From positions 7,767-71,766 of the forward strand of contig NZ_JBKBLM010000004.1 of NCBI RefSeq assembly GCF_046296355.1: a DNA stretch of 64,000 nt, given 5' to 3'. Origin of the DNA: Flavobacterium sp. (GTDB lineage Bacteria; Bacteroidota; Bacteroidia; Flavobacteriales; Flavobacteriaceae). Each line of letters starts with the position of its first letter. Position 1 is the first letter of the stretch. The position numbers and the translations under genes are program-made. The notes under the pieces were generated by a model. It made no database searches. It saw only the letters and a list, made by a program, of their open reading frames with translations, and was not told the DNA's origin. Below, one piece after another: positions 20,643-29,640 of this stretch.

Positions 20643-21473
20643 TTAAATATATTTACAAAGCTCGGAAGCTTCTTTAATCACATTTTTGATTCGAATCGGA
20701 CTAAGTCCGATTTTTTCCAAAGTTTCAACATTATCGACAACTTCCTTTGCCAAGATAATATCAAGGACTAATAATTTGTCTTTTTCCGCCAAAGTCAAAG
20801 TGGTCAGGCAAGTGACCGGATACAATTGTCCTTCATCAATTCTTTTTCGCAAACTCATTTTTTCAGGATAATCCCAACTCAGCAATTGTAATCCGGAGCA
20901 ATGCGCAAAAGTCAGTGCATCACCTGTAAATCGATTATTGGTTACAATCCAACAACCGGAAATTTTATCTTTTCGAGTAAAAATGATATGATTTCTGTCT
21001 TTTAAATCGTTAAAACGGGAAAGTATGTACATCGGCACTTTTACATCTGAATTGGTTTCACTTTTGGGATGAAATTTACATTCGACCATTTCTACCCAAT
21101 CATTTTTCTTAATGGCAACGTCTATTTCATGTCCTACGCATTTTCCGGACAAAAGAAGGTTGGTTTGTGCCAAATAGCCTTCCGAGATAAATAATCGAGC
21201 GATATATTTTTCAAAGAAAAAACCAGCTGGACCAAGCATTTGAATGGCTGTTTTGAGATTATAGCGCGCGGCGTTTGCATTGGAAACTTTTTTCAACAAT
21301 CCGAAAGCCAACTTGTAGATTTTTTTGGTAGAAATACCTTCGTAGATTTGTTTATCAATTTCTTGTAAAATATCTTCTACTACATGCTTATTGGCGCCCG
21401 ATTTGAGCAGAGAATTTTTAAGTTTGTCCCGATTGAAATCAACGATATTCCCAGAATGCTTTACTATTTTCAT
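20643..21473 (-). CDS. ATP-cone domain fused to an Mrr-like PD-(D/E)xK endonuclease domain
   Basis: N-term 'IVKHSGNIVDFNRDKL'; 'FFEKYIARLF', 'EIDV...VECK', 'IVTNNRFTGDA'. Confidence 0.82.
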   Translation of the reverse strand: MKIVKHSGNIVDFNRDKLKNSLLKSGANKHVVEDILQEIDKQIYEGISTKKIYKLAFGLLKKVSNANAARYNLKTAIQMLGPAGFFFEKYIARLFISEGYLAQTNLLLSGKCVGHEIDVAIKKNDWVEMVECKFHPKSETNSDVKVPMYILSRFNDLKDRNHIIFTRKDKISGCWIVTNNRFTGDALTFAHCSGLQLLSWDYPEKMSLRKRIDEGQLYPVTCLTTLTLAEKDKLLVLDIILAKEVVDNVETLEKIGLSPIRIKNVIKEASELCKYI

Positions 21474-21529
21474 GGTAAACGAAATTAAATTTCAGTTTAA
21501 ACAACCTTAGTAAAGTTACGAAAAATCGC

Positions 21530-21976
21530 TTACTTTTTGGCTAGTTTTTGGTAATAAAACGCCGGAATAAAAAGCATTATAAAAATCGGCTGGATTAGAA
21601 ATCTTCTGAGGTAGAATAGGGTCATTTTGTTTTCTTCACCAAAGAAAGTCAGCACAAAAATGAAGCTTATCATTAGCATTGACCCTAAAATCATATAAAG
21701 CAACATCGAGAACTTAACGATTTTGGTGTCTTTAAAAATCACATACAGCAAAAACAACGAAATCACCGAATTGAAATAAAACCGCATGCCCAAGCTGAAA
21801 AAAAGCTTAAAAACATTGAACTGCGGCAACTTCGCATGCGCATATTCGCTTTTGAAATAAGCCAAAAACGGATCATAAAACAAATTGTCTTCGAAAAGCC
21901 TGATGCAGATTAACAATCCAATCAGAAACAAAGACCAAAACACTTTCGATTTATTTTTTAGTAGCAGCTGTAGCAT
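21530..21976 (-). CDS. Exosortase F system-associated membrane protein
   Basis: 'IRLFEDNLFYDPFLAYFK', 'FYLRRFLIQP'; overlaps the xrtF end; start set at 'MLQLLLKNK' (21976). Confidence 0.85.
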   Translation of the reverse strand: MLQLLLKNKSKVFWSLFLIGLLICIRLFEDNLFYDPFLAYFKSEYAHAKLPQFNVFKLFFSLGMRFYFNSVISLFLLYVIFKDTKIVKFSMLLYMILGSMLMISFIFVLTFFGEENKMTLFYLRRFLIQPIFIMLFIPAFYYQKLAKK

Positions 21977-22508
21977 GTAATGAAAATTTATTGACCCAAA
22001 CGACCCAAAGTAAAAATACAATTCCGTAAATAACTAGTGGAAAAACAATGCCGTGAAGTATGTGTTCGTATTCCGGGAAACTGTATAGTGCCATACAAAG
22101 TAAAGCGATTCTGGTGATATTTAAAACATGAATTAAAACACTTCCGAATAAAATAAAAAGAAGCGTTTGCTTCCATTTTCCGGTAAAAGCAATCACAAAA
22201 GAAATGAATAGAATAATTACACTCAAAGCGTTACAACCTTCAATAATTCGGGATATATATTGACCTTTGTAAATGATTTTTATGCTTGGTTCTGTTGGAT
22301 GTGACTCAATGTAAGTTTCGGTATCAAATAAAGTTAGAACAGATTTAGTTTGATTAGCCACTAATTGTGAAAACGAATCGATTTCATTTTTCGCAGTATC
22401 AAATCGATTCAAATAAGTTTGATAAATGATGGTTAAGACCAAATACGTCAGCAAAAATTTCCCCAGAAAAATTAAAAACGGTTTGTATTGCTGTAGCAGA
22501 TTCTTCAA
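21951..22508 (-). CDS. xrtF: Exosortase family protein XrtF
   Basis: Catalytic Cys in 'IIEGCNALS', 'NITRI', 'HGIVFPLVIYG'. Confidence 0.88.
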   Translation of the reverse strand: MKNLLQQYKPFLIFLGKFLLTYLVLTIIYQTYLNRFDTAKNEIDSFSQLVANQTKSVLTLFDTETYIESHPTEPSIKIIYKGQYISRIIEGCNALSVIILFISFVIAFTGKWKQTLLFILFGSVLIHVLNITRIALLCMALYSFPEYEHILHGIVFPLVIYGIVFLLWVVWVNKFSLHATAATKK

Positions 22509-22555
22509 AATGGAATTTTTAACAAATTTATATAAAATAAAAAAAGCGCAGTCGT

Positions 22556-22563
22556 TACTTTTG
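22556..22563 (+). promoter_or_regulatory. -7 element for the GAF gene
   Basis: TACTTTTG 15 nt before ATG 22579. Confidence 0.6.
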
Positions 22564-22578
22564 CATAAAAATTTGAAA

Positions 22579-23034
22579 ATGAATTTCGAAAACTTAAAAC
22601 CTCAAGTAATTACTATTCTTTCTGATGCGAATGCGGAAAGAGATACAAAATTAAAAACACTTTGTCAATTCTTATCGGACAATGTTGATTACTACAATTG
22701 GGTTGGTTTTTATTTTGCCAATCATGAAAACCGAACATTACATCTTGGACCTTACGTTGGTGCCGAAACGGATCATACGGTAATTCCGTTCGGAAAAGGC
22801 ATTTGTGGACAAGTCGCGGAATCTAACGCGAACTTTGTTGTTCCCGATGTATCGGCTCAGGACAATTACATTGCTTGTAGCTTTACAGTGAAATCGGAAA
22901 TCGTTGTCCCGCTTTTTGTTAACGGTGTAAACATAGGCCAAATCGATATCGACAGTCATGTGATTGATCCTTTTACCGAAGCCGATGAAAGATTTCTAGA
23001 GTTTGTAAATGAGGAAGTTGCCAAACTTTTTTAA
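22579..23034 (+). CDS. GAF domain protein (free Met-R-sulfoxide reductase MsrC-like)
   Basis: 'NWVGFY', 'LGPYVG', 'GKGICG', 'IACSFTVKSEIVVP', 'DIDS'; start set at MNFENLK. Confidence 0.85.
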   Translation: MNFENLKPQVITILSDANAERDTKLKTLCQFLSDNVDYYNWVGFYFANHENRTLHLGPYVGAETDHTVIPFGKGICGQVAESNANFVVPDVSAQDNYIACSFTVKSEIVVPLFVNGVNIGQIDIDSHVIDPFTEADERFLEFVNEEVAKLF

Positions 23035-23053
23035 GTTAGACTTATCTTTTTAC

Positions 23054-23083
23054 TTGCCTAATCAAAAAAGAAGATTATCTTTG
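23054..23083 (+). promoter_or_regulatory. Bacteroidota sigma70 promoter of rpsO
   Basis: TTG (23054-23056), 19 nt spacer, TATCTTTG (23076-23083). Confidence 0.8.
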
Positions 23084-23088
23084 CACAC

Positions 23089-23109
23089 GAATTGAGAAAA
23101 CCTCAATTC
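23089..23109 (+). promoter_or_regulatory. rpsO leader hairpin (candidate S15 autoregulatory leader)
   Basis: GAATTGAG-AAAAC-CTCAATTC, a perfect 8-bp stem at the predicted transcript 5' end. Confidence 0.55.
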
Positions 23110-23140
23110 ATACATAATAATCATTTAAAATAATATTGGA

Positions 23141-23410
23141 ATGTATTTAACTAAAGAAACAAAAGCTGAAATCTTCGCTAAACACGGAGGAAAAGCTGAA
23201 AACACTGGATCTGCTGAAGGGCAAATCGCTTTGTTTACTTTCAGAATCTCTCACTTAACAGAGCACTTGAAAAAAAATCGTCACGATTACAACACTGAGC
23301 GCTCGTTAGTACTTTTAGTAGGTAAAAGAAGAAGTCTTCTTGACTACTTGAAGAAAAAAGAGATTAACAGATATCGTGAGATTATCAAAGAATTAGGTAT
23401 TAGAAAATAA
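23141..23410 (+). CDS. rpsO: 30S ribosomal protein S15
   Basis: 'NTGSAEGQIALFT', 'HLKKNRHD', 'LVGKRRSLLDYL'. Confidence 0.98.
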   Translation: MYLTKETKAEIFAKHGGKAENTGSAEGQIALFTFRISHLTEHLKKNRHDYNTERSLVLLVGKRRSLLDYLKKKEINRYREIIKELGIRK

Positions 23411-23419
23411 TACATATCT

Positions 23420-23445
23420 AAAGAGGTGCTTGCGCGCCTCTTTTT
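23420..23445 (+). terminator. rpsO terminator
   Basis: AAAGAGGTGC-TTGC-GCGCCTCTTT plus T run. Confidence 0.8.
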
Positions 23446-23564
23446 GTTTTATAAATAAAGAAGAAAAGTTTCGGTTTTTCATTGGGTTACACACAACAAC
23501 TACTACAACACAACTAATTCTGTCGACAGGCGGAGACCAATGTAAAATTAAAAAAGAATAATTT

Positions 23565-25712
23565 ATGATTCCACAATTATTTGTAGAAACTATCGATTTA
23601 GGTGATGGCAGAAGCATCACAATCGAGACAGGACGATTGGCAAAACAAGCTGACGGATCTGTAGTAGTAAGAATTGGAAAAACTGTTATTTTAGGAACAG
23701 TAGTATCCGCAAGAAAAGCAAGTCCGGGTATCGACTTTTTACCGTTAACGGTAGATTATCGCGAAAAATTTGCCGCAGCAGGTCGTTTCCCTGGTGGTTT
23801 CTTCAAAAGAGAAGCTCGTCCAAGTGACAACGAAGTATTAACCATGAGATTAGTTGACCGTGTTTTACGTCCGCTTTTCCCATCAGATTACCATGCAGAA
23901 GTTCAGGTTATGATTCAGTTAATGTCTCATGATGATGAAGTAATGCCGGATGCCTTAGCAGGATTAGCCGCTTCAGCAGCGCTAGCTTTGTCTGACATTC
24001 CATTTGAAACTCTAATTTCTGAAGCCAGAGTGGGAAGAATTGACGGTAAATTTATCATCAATCCATCTCGTGCCCAATTAGAATTGTCTGATATCGACAT
24101 GATGATTGGTGCTTCTACTGATTCTATCGCGATGGTAGAAGGAGAAATGAAAGAGATTTCAGAAGCAGAAATGGTAGAAGCCATCAAATTTGCTCACGAA
24201 CATATTAAAGTACAAATTGCAGCCCAAGAAAGATTGGCTCAAGCGTTTGGAAAAAAAGAAGTTCGTACCTATGAACAAGAAAAAGAAGACGAAGCTATTT
24301 ACGCTAAAGTAAAAGCAGCGGCTTATGATAAAATTTACGCTATTGCTAGCAAAGGTTCAGCTAAACACGAACGTTCAGCTGCTTTTGATGCGGTAAAAGA
24401 AGAAGTAAAAGCATTATTTACTGAAGAAGAATTGGCAGAAAACGGAGATTTAGTTTCTAAATATTTCTACAAAACCAACAAAGAAGCAGTTCGTAACGTA
24501 ACTTTAGATTTAGGAACTCGTTTAGACGGAAGAAAAACTACTGAAATTCGCCCAATCTGGTGTGAAGTAGATTATTTACCATCGGTACACGGTTCGGCTT
24601 TATTTACTCGTGGAGAAACTCAAGCTTTGGCTACAGCTACTTTAGGAACATCTAGAGAAGCCAACCAAATTGATTCCCCATCTGAACAAGGAGAAGAAAA
24701 ATTCTATTTACACTATAACTTCCCACCATTTTCAACAGGAGAAGCTCGTCCGTTAAGAGGAACTTCAAGAAGAGAAGTTGGTCACGGAAACTTGGCTCAA
24801 AGAGCGTTAAAAAATATGATCCCTGCTGATTGTCCTTATACAATCCGTGTGGTTTCTGAAGTATTAGAATCGAATGGTTCGTCTTCTATGGCAACTGTTT
24901 GTGCCGGAACTTTATCATTAATGGACGCTGGTGTTCAAATGATTCGTCCTGTTTCAGGAATTGCTATGGGATTGATTACTGACGGTGATCGTTTTGCAGT
25001 TTTGTCTGATATCTTAGGTGATGAAGATCACTTAGGCGATATGGATTTCAAAGTAACCGGAACTTCAGAAGGAATTACGGCTTGTCAAATGGACATCAAA
25101 ATTGACGGATTGAAATACGAAATTATGGAGCAAGCTTTGGCTCAAGCTCGTGATGGTCGTTTGCATATCTTAGGAAAATTGACTGAAACATTAGCCCAAC
25201 CAAGAACTGACGTTAAAGTTCACGCTCCAAAAATCATTATGAGAACCATTCCTGGTAACTTCATTGGTGCTTTAATCGGACCTGGCGGAAAAGTGATTCA
25301 AGAATTACAAAAAGCTACGGGAACTACTATCGTTATAAACGAAGTAGATGAACAAGGTGTGGTTGAAATCTTAGGAACTGATCCGGACGGAATTGCAGCT
25401 GTATTAGCGAAAATTGATTCTATAATTTTCAAACCGACAGTTGGCGAATCTTACGAAGTGAAAGTAATTAAAATGTTAGACTTTGGCGCTGTTGTAGAAT
25501 ATACCGCTGCTCCAGGAAATGAAGTTTTATTACACGTTTCGGAATTGGCTTGGGAAAGAACAGAAAACGTTGCCGACGTTGTAAAAATGGGCGATGTGTT
25601 TATGGTAAAATACTTAGGTGTTGACCCTAAAACCAGAAAAGAAAAAGTGTCGAAAAAAGCACTTTTACCAAGACCTCCAAGAGAAGAGAAAAAAGACGCT
25701 CCACAAGGTTAA
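23565..25712 (+). CDS. pnp: Polyribonucleotide nucleotidyltransferase (PNPase)
   Basis: '[11 protein letters not shown]', 'FFKRE', 'FTRGETQ', 'RREVGHG', '[10 protein letters not shown]', KH and S1 domains. Confidence 0.98.
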   Translation: MIPQLFVETIDLGDGRSITIETGRLAKQADGSVVVRIGKTVILGTVVSARKASPGIDFLPLTVDYREKFAAAGRFPGGFFKREARPSDNEVLTMRLVDRVLRPLFPSDYHAEVQVMIQLMSHDDEVMPDALAGLAASAALALSDIPFETLISEARVGRIDGKFIINPSRAQLELSDIDMMIGASTDSIAMVEGEMKEISEAEMVEAIKFAHEHIKVQIAAQERLAQAFGKKEVRTYEQEKEDEAIYAKVKAAAYDKIYAIASKGSAKHERSAAFDAVKEEVKALFTEEELAENGDLVSKYFYKTNKEAVRNVTLDLGTRLDGRKTTEIRPIWCEVDYLPSVHGSALFTRGETQALATATLGTSREANQIDSPSEQGEEKFYLHYNFPPFSTGEARPLRGTSRREVGHGNLAQRALKNMIPADCPYTIRVVSEVLESNGSSSMATVCAGTLSLMDAGVQMIRPVSGIAMGLITDGDRFAVLSDILGDEDHLGDMDFKVTGTSEGITACQMDIKIDGLKYEIMEQALAQARDGRLHILGKLTETLAQPRTDVKVHAPKIIMRTIPGNFIGALIGPGGKVIQELQKATGTTIVINEVDEQGVVEILGTDPDGIAAVLAKIDSIIFKPTVGESYEVKVIKMLDFGAVVEYTAAPGNEVLLHVSELAWERTENVADVVKMGDVFMVKYLGVDPKTRKEKVSKKALLPRPPREEKKDAPQG

Positions 25713-25734
25713 TATTCTAAATATATTAATTCAT

Positions 25735-25769
25735 AAAAAACCCCGATTCAGCAATGAGTTGGGGTTTTT
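25735..25769 (+). terminator. pnp terminator
   Basis: CCCCGATTCA-GCAA-TGAGTTGGGG flanked by A and T runs. Confidence 0.85.
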
Positions 25770-25868
25770 ATTTTAGATAAACAGAAAAATTAACAGTTTA
25801 TCGATTATTCTTTTACTTGGCAAATATGTTAAATATCTTTAATACACTAACCAATAACATCTTATGTC

Positions 25869-26546
25869 ATGAAAAAATTATTTTTTATCCTTCTCACGGT
25901 AGTTATAGCACTTTCCTGCTCAAGCGATGATTCCTCCGGTCCAGCTTTATCAGACACGCCACAAGCCAAGGCAGAATTTGACAACAGTGGCTTTGGGATT
26001 TATAAAGGCGTATTCGTTGGCTCTTCAGGAACTATTTTAATCAACATTAATAATGATGGAGAAGTATTTGCTGAACTTATCATTAATGGTAACAGTACAA
26101 CTTATACAACTACAGAAACAATATATGAAGACTCTACAATAAATATAACTTTCACTAACGGCAGTTCATCTTTTGACTTTTATGTAGATTATACAGGATA
26201 TTCTCCAGAAGTTTATAATTTATCAATTAGTGGGCATCCAAACGCAAACATTTTTATTGTCAAAGAATTCTCAAACACTTTGGTAGAATGTTTTCAAGGC
26301 ACTTTCAATGGGGATGACTCAGGCGTTTTTAATCTGATTGTTTACAATGGTTCTATTAGAGGTTTAGCAAAATCTAACGATTCAACAGAATCAATATTCT
26401 TATATGGTTCAGTGACAAATAATAATTTGGCAGGATCATTTGAAGGTGGTGGATTTATAGGCTCTAGAAACGGAAATAACATCAGTGGTGATTGGGAAAA
26501 TGATTTCGCTGAATCTGGCGGATGGTCAGGAAGAAGAAAACTTTAA
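25869..26546 (+). CDS. Hypothetical surface lipoprotein
   Basis: Lipobox ALSC followed by SSDD (Bacteroidota surface-export-like signal); Gly/Ser/Asn-rich beta-type sequence. Confidence 0.8.
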   Translation: MKKLFFILLTVVIALSCSSDDSSGPALSDTPQAKAEFDNSGFGIYKGVFVGSSGTILININNDGEVFAELIINGNSTTYTTTETIYEDSTINITFTNGSSSFDFYVDYTGYSPEVYNLSISGHPNANIFIVKEFSNTLVECFQGTFNGDDSGVFNLIVYNGSIRGLAKSNDSTESIFLYGSVTNNNLAGSFEGGGFIGSRNGNNISGDWENDFAESGGWSGRRKL

Positions 26547-26568
26547 TTCTTTAAAAATATTACGCAAT

Positions 26569-26602
26569 AAAACCCCAATTCAAATCCAGAATCGGGGTTT
26601 TT
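26569..26602. terminator. Terminator-like hairpin after the lipoprotein gene (inverted copy of the pnp terminator)
   Basis: AAAACCCCAATTC-AAATCCA-GAATCGGGGTTTTT. Confidence 0.75.
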
Positions 26603-26687
26603 AAATTTATTATTAAAAAATTGTAACTTTTTTGGTTTTTTGCACGTACAACCAACTGAACACTTTAAAGTAAAGGAGATACATTAA

Positions 26688-27551
26688 ATGAGACAACTCA
26701 AAATCACCAAGCAGGTAACTAACCGTGAAACTGCTTCCTTAGACAAGTACCTACAAGAAATTGGAAAAGTAGATTTAATTACTGCCGATGAAGAAGTTGA
26801 ATTAGCCCAAAAGATTAAAGCCGGAGATCAAAGAGCTTTGGAAAAATTGACAAAAGCTAATTTACGTTTTGTCGTTTCTGTAGCAAAACAGTACCAAAAT
26901 CAAGGTTTAACATTACCCGATTTGATTAACGAAGGAAATTTAGGTTTGATTAAAGCTGCTCAACGTTTTGATGAAACCCGTGGTTTTAAATTCATTTCAT
27001 ATGCCGTTTGGTGGATTCGTCAATCTATTCTACAAGCTCTAGCGGAACAATCTCGTATTGTACGTTTGCCTTTGAATAAAATTGGCTCTATCAATAAAAT
27101 CAACAAAATGTACGCCTTATTAGAGCAATCTAACGAACGCGCACCTTCTGCTGAAGAAATTGCCAAAGAATTAGACATGACTGTAAATGATGTAAAAGAG
27201 TCTATGAAAAACTCAGGTCGTCATTTATCTATGGATGCGCCACTTGTTGAAGGAGAAGATTCTAACCTTTACGACGTTTTACGTTCAGGAGAATCACCAA
27301 ATCCGGACAGAGAACTGATTCACGAATCATTGCGTACCGAAATTGAGCGTTCTTTAGAAACCTTAACCCCAAGAGAAGCCGACGTAGTTCGTTTGTATTT
27401 TGGTTTAGGTGACCAACACCCAATGACTTTAGAAGAAATTGGAGAAACTTTCGACTTAACCCGTGAGCGTGTGCGTCAAATTAAAGAAAAAGCCATTAGA
27501 AGATTAAAACATACTTCCAGAAGTAAAATTTTAAAAACATATTTAGGATAA
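26688..27551 (+). CDS. rpoD: Primary sigma70-family factor (Bacteroidota type, lacks region 1.1)
   Basis: '[13 protein letters not shown]', '[18 protein letters not shown]', '[11 protein letters not shown]', 'TRERVRQI'. Confidence 0.93.
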   Translation: MRQLKITKQVTNRETASLDKYLQEIGKVDLITADEEVELAQKIKAGDQRALEKLTKANLRFVVSVAKQYQNQGLTLPDLINEGNLGLIKAAQRFDETRGFKFISYAVWWIRQSILQALAEQSRIVRLPLNKIGSINKINKMYALLEQSNERAPSAEEIAKELDMTVNDVKESMKNSGRHLSMDAPLVEGEDSNLYDVLRSGESPNPDRELIHESLRTEIERSLETLTPREADVVRLYFGLGDQHPMTLEEIGETFDLTRERVRQIKEKAIRRLKHTSRSKILKTYLG

Positions 27552-27567
27552 TCCTAATTACGACAAC

Positions 27568-27692
27568 AACAGTCTGATTAACTGTTCGTTTTTTGATTGA
27601 TGATTGAAACTCCGGCTGATTACCGGAGTTTTATTTTTTGCACGGCAAATAAAACTCCAGTCTGTTCGCTACGCTCGGGTTTCCGGAGTTTT
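27568..27692. repeat. Three stacked related hairpins after rpoD (terminator plus REP-like units)
   Basis: AACAGT-CTGATTA-ACTGTT; AAACTCCGG-CTGATTA-CCGGAGTTT; AAAACTCC-26nt-GGAGTTTT. Confidence 0.65.
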
Positions 27693-27715
27693 ACTTTTTT
27701 ATTTCTTTTCTATTT

Positions 27716-27804
27716 GGGCGTTGCCTTCGGCCGGGCTATCCACTACAATCTTTTTGATTTCCCTTTGGGTAATCAAAAAGGATTTCCGTTCCTATCCCTA
27801 ACGC
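27716..27804 (-). repeat. Flavo-1-like dispersed element, copy 3
   Basis: Minus strand GCGTTAGGGAT-AGGAACGGAAATC-[hairpin]-GATTGTAGTGGATAG-CCC-GGCCGAAGGC-AACGC; same core as 6259-6373. Confidence 0.7.
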
Positions 27805-27830
27805 AATCTCTTTAAAACAGAATCTTTTGT

Positions 27831-27838
27831 TATCTTTG
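27831..27838 (+). promoter_or_regulatory. -7 element for rpe
   Basis: TATCTTTG 32 nt before the ATG. Confidence 0.65.
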
Positions 27839-27870
27839 CGCCAAACAACACACATAACTACAAACTACAA

Positions 27871-28533
27871 ATGAAAAACACAATTATTGCACCATCAGTG
27901 CTCGCAGCCGATTTTGCCAATCTACAACGCGATATCGAAATGATCAATGCCAGTGAAGCCGATTGGTTCCACATCGACATTATGGATGGTGTTTTTGTTC
28001 CGAATATCTCTTTTGGAATGCCGGTTTTGGAAGCGATTTCAAAACACGCTAAAAAAACAATCGATGTTCACTTAATGATTGTTGACCCTGACCGATACAT
28101 CAAAACTTTTGCCTCATTAAGCGCTAATATTTTAACGGTGCATTACGAAGCTTGTCCTCATTTACACAGAACGTTACAAGCCATCAAAGCCGAAGGCATG
28201 AAAGCTGGTGTAGCGTTGAATCCGCATACGAATGTGGCACTTTTGGAGGACATTATCAAAGACATTGATATGGTTTGCCTTATGAGTGTAAATCCCGGTT
28301 TTGGCGGACAATCTTTTATCGAAAACACTTACTCAAAAATTGAAAAGCTAAAAGAACTAATCATCCGCAAAAATGCATCAACTATCATCGAAATTGACGG
28401 TGGTGTTACCGATAAAAATGCCAAAAGATTAGTGCAAGCCGGAGCCGATGTTTTAGTCGCCGGAAACTTTGTTTTCAAAGCGGAAAATCCAATGCAGACT
28501 ATCGTTGATTTGAAGAAAATCACAACGTTATAA
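27871..28533 (+). CDS. rpe: Ribulose-phosphate 3-epimerase
   Basis: 'IAPSVLAADF', 'HIDIMDGVFVPN', 'DVHLM', 'MSVNPGFGGQ', 'EIDGGV'. Confidence 0.97.
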   Translation: MKNTIIAPSVLAADFANLQRDIEMINASEADWFHIDIMDGVFVPNISFGMPVLEAISKHAKKTIDVHLMIVDPDRYIKTFASLSANILTVHYEACPHLHRTLQAIKAEGMKAGVALNPHTNVALLEDIIKDIDMVCLMSVNPGFGGQSFIENTYSKIEKLKELIIRKNASTIIEIDGGVTDKNAKRLVQAGADVLVAGNFVFKAENPMQTIVDLKKITTL

Positions 28534-28538
28534 TCTTC

Positions 28539-29537
28539 TTAAATAGAATTTCTTAGTATTAATTTGGAGTTGTTCTTTACATGCAACTTCAAATTAGTAT
28601 TAATCATTTCGGCCAAAATTTTACCCATTTCTTTAAAATCTGTAGAAATGGTTGTAATGCCGTTTTCTACTACTTTTTTAAGAGAAGTATCATTATAAGA
28701 AATGATTCCGTAATCAATTCCCAATGCCAAGTTTTGAATCTTAGCTTGTTCAATCACATTCACCAAATGTCGATCGCTCGGAATAATAAACAAACTACCT
28801 TTCTTAATCTCATCTTTTTCAAAAGTCGAAACAACGGAATGCTGACAATTATTTTCAGAACAAAATTTTTGAAATCCGGTAACCATTCCAATCGGTTCTT
28901 TATCTCCGGGAAAGATCAAAATCAACTCTTCGTACTTTTTGATTTTATCCAATCCATTCATTAAAGCATTATACATATCTGCCACAAAATCCTGATAAAC
29001 CGCCGGATATTCCTTAAATGCTTCTGTGGTTTGGTCTAAAATATAAGTGTGGTTCAATGGCAATGACTTAATAATTTCCGTTGGAATTTCCAAATTAGAC
29101 GGCATAATAATGTATTTCGAATAATTTCCTTTACTCTCGTTGACCAATTTTTTAAACATCTCCAAATTGAAATGGTGAAAGAAAATATCAATTTGAAAGT
29201 TCTTATTCACATGATATAAAAAGGACGTATACAAATCTTCTTTAAAAGCATTTAACTCATCAAAGAGCAGAAATATCCTTTGTTCCAAAGTAAATTCAAT
29301 GCTTTTCACATAATACCCTTTGCCCAGAACCGCATAGATAATTCCGCGTTTCTTTAATTCGTCATAGGCTAACAAAACCGTATCGCGAGAAATAGAAAAC
29401 TCCAAACTCACTTTATTCACCGAAGGTAATTTCTCATCGCGTTTCAATCGTTTTTCCGCAATAGCCATTTCAATCGACAACACAATTTGCTTGTATTTCG
29501 GTTGGGCCGAATTTGGATTTATATTGATGATTTTCAT
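28539..29537 (-). CDS. GntR-family regulator with a C-terminal periplasmic-binding-protein-like effector domain
   Basis: wHTH 'KLPSVNKVSLEFSISRDTVLLAYDEL...GKGYYV'; C-term 'GIISYND...GITTISTDF'; divergent from the gal locus. Confidence 0.88.
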   Translation of the reverse strand: MKIININPNSAQPKYKQIVLSIEMAIAEKRLKRDEKLPSVNKVSLEFSISRDTVLLAYDELKKRGIIYAVLGKGYYVKSIEFTLEQRIFLLFDELNAFKEDLYTSFLYHVNKNFQIDIFFHHFNLEMFKKLVNESKGNYSKYIIMPSNLEIPTEIIKSLPLNHTYILDQTTEAFKEYPAVYQDFVADMYNALMNGLDKIKKYEELILIFPGDKEPIGMVTGFQKFCSENNCQHSVVSTFEKDEIKKGSLFIIPSDRHLVNVIEQAKIQNLALGIDYGIISYNDTSLKKVVENGITTISTDFKEMGKILAEMINTNLKLHVKNNSKLILRNSI

Positions 29538-29640
29538 CTAAATACAATTAACTGGTGGTAAGTTACAAAAAAACCGGTAGGTAGTGGTATGTACAATAAG
29601 AATAAAACAATAATTTCGTTATCAGATTGATAAAAAAGTC

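Noticed and set aside
27597-27815. 72-aa and 65-aa ORFs after rpoD
   Set aside because: They overlap the hairpin and repeat elements exactly and have no protein-like features.
27849-27870. AACTACA AACTACA just before the rpe ATG as another 7-mer arm
   Set aside because: Only two exact units in an A/C-rich leader; too short to distinguish from a normal Bacteroidota initiation region.
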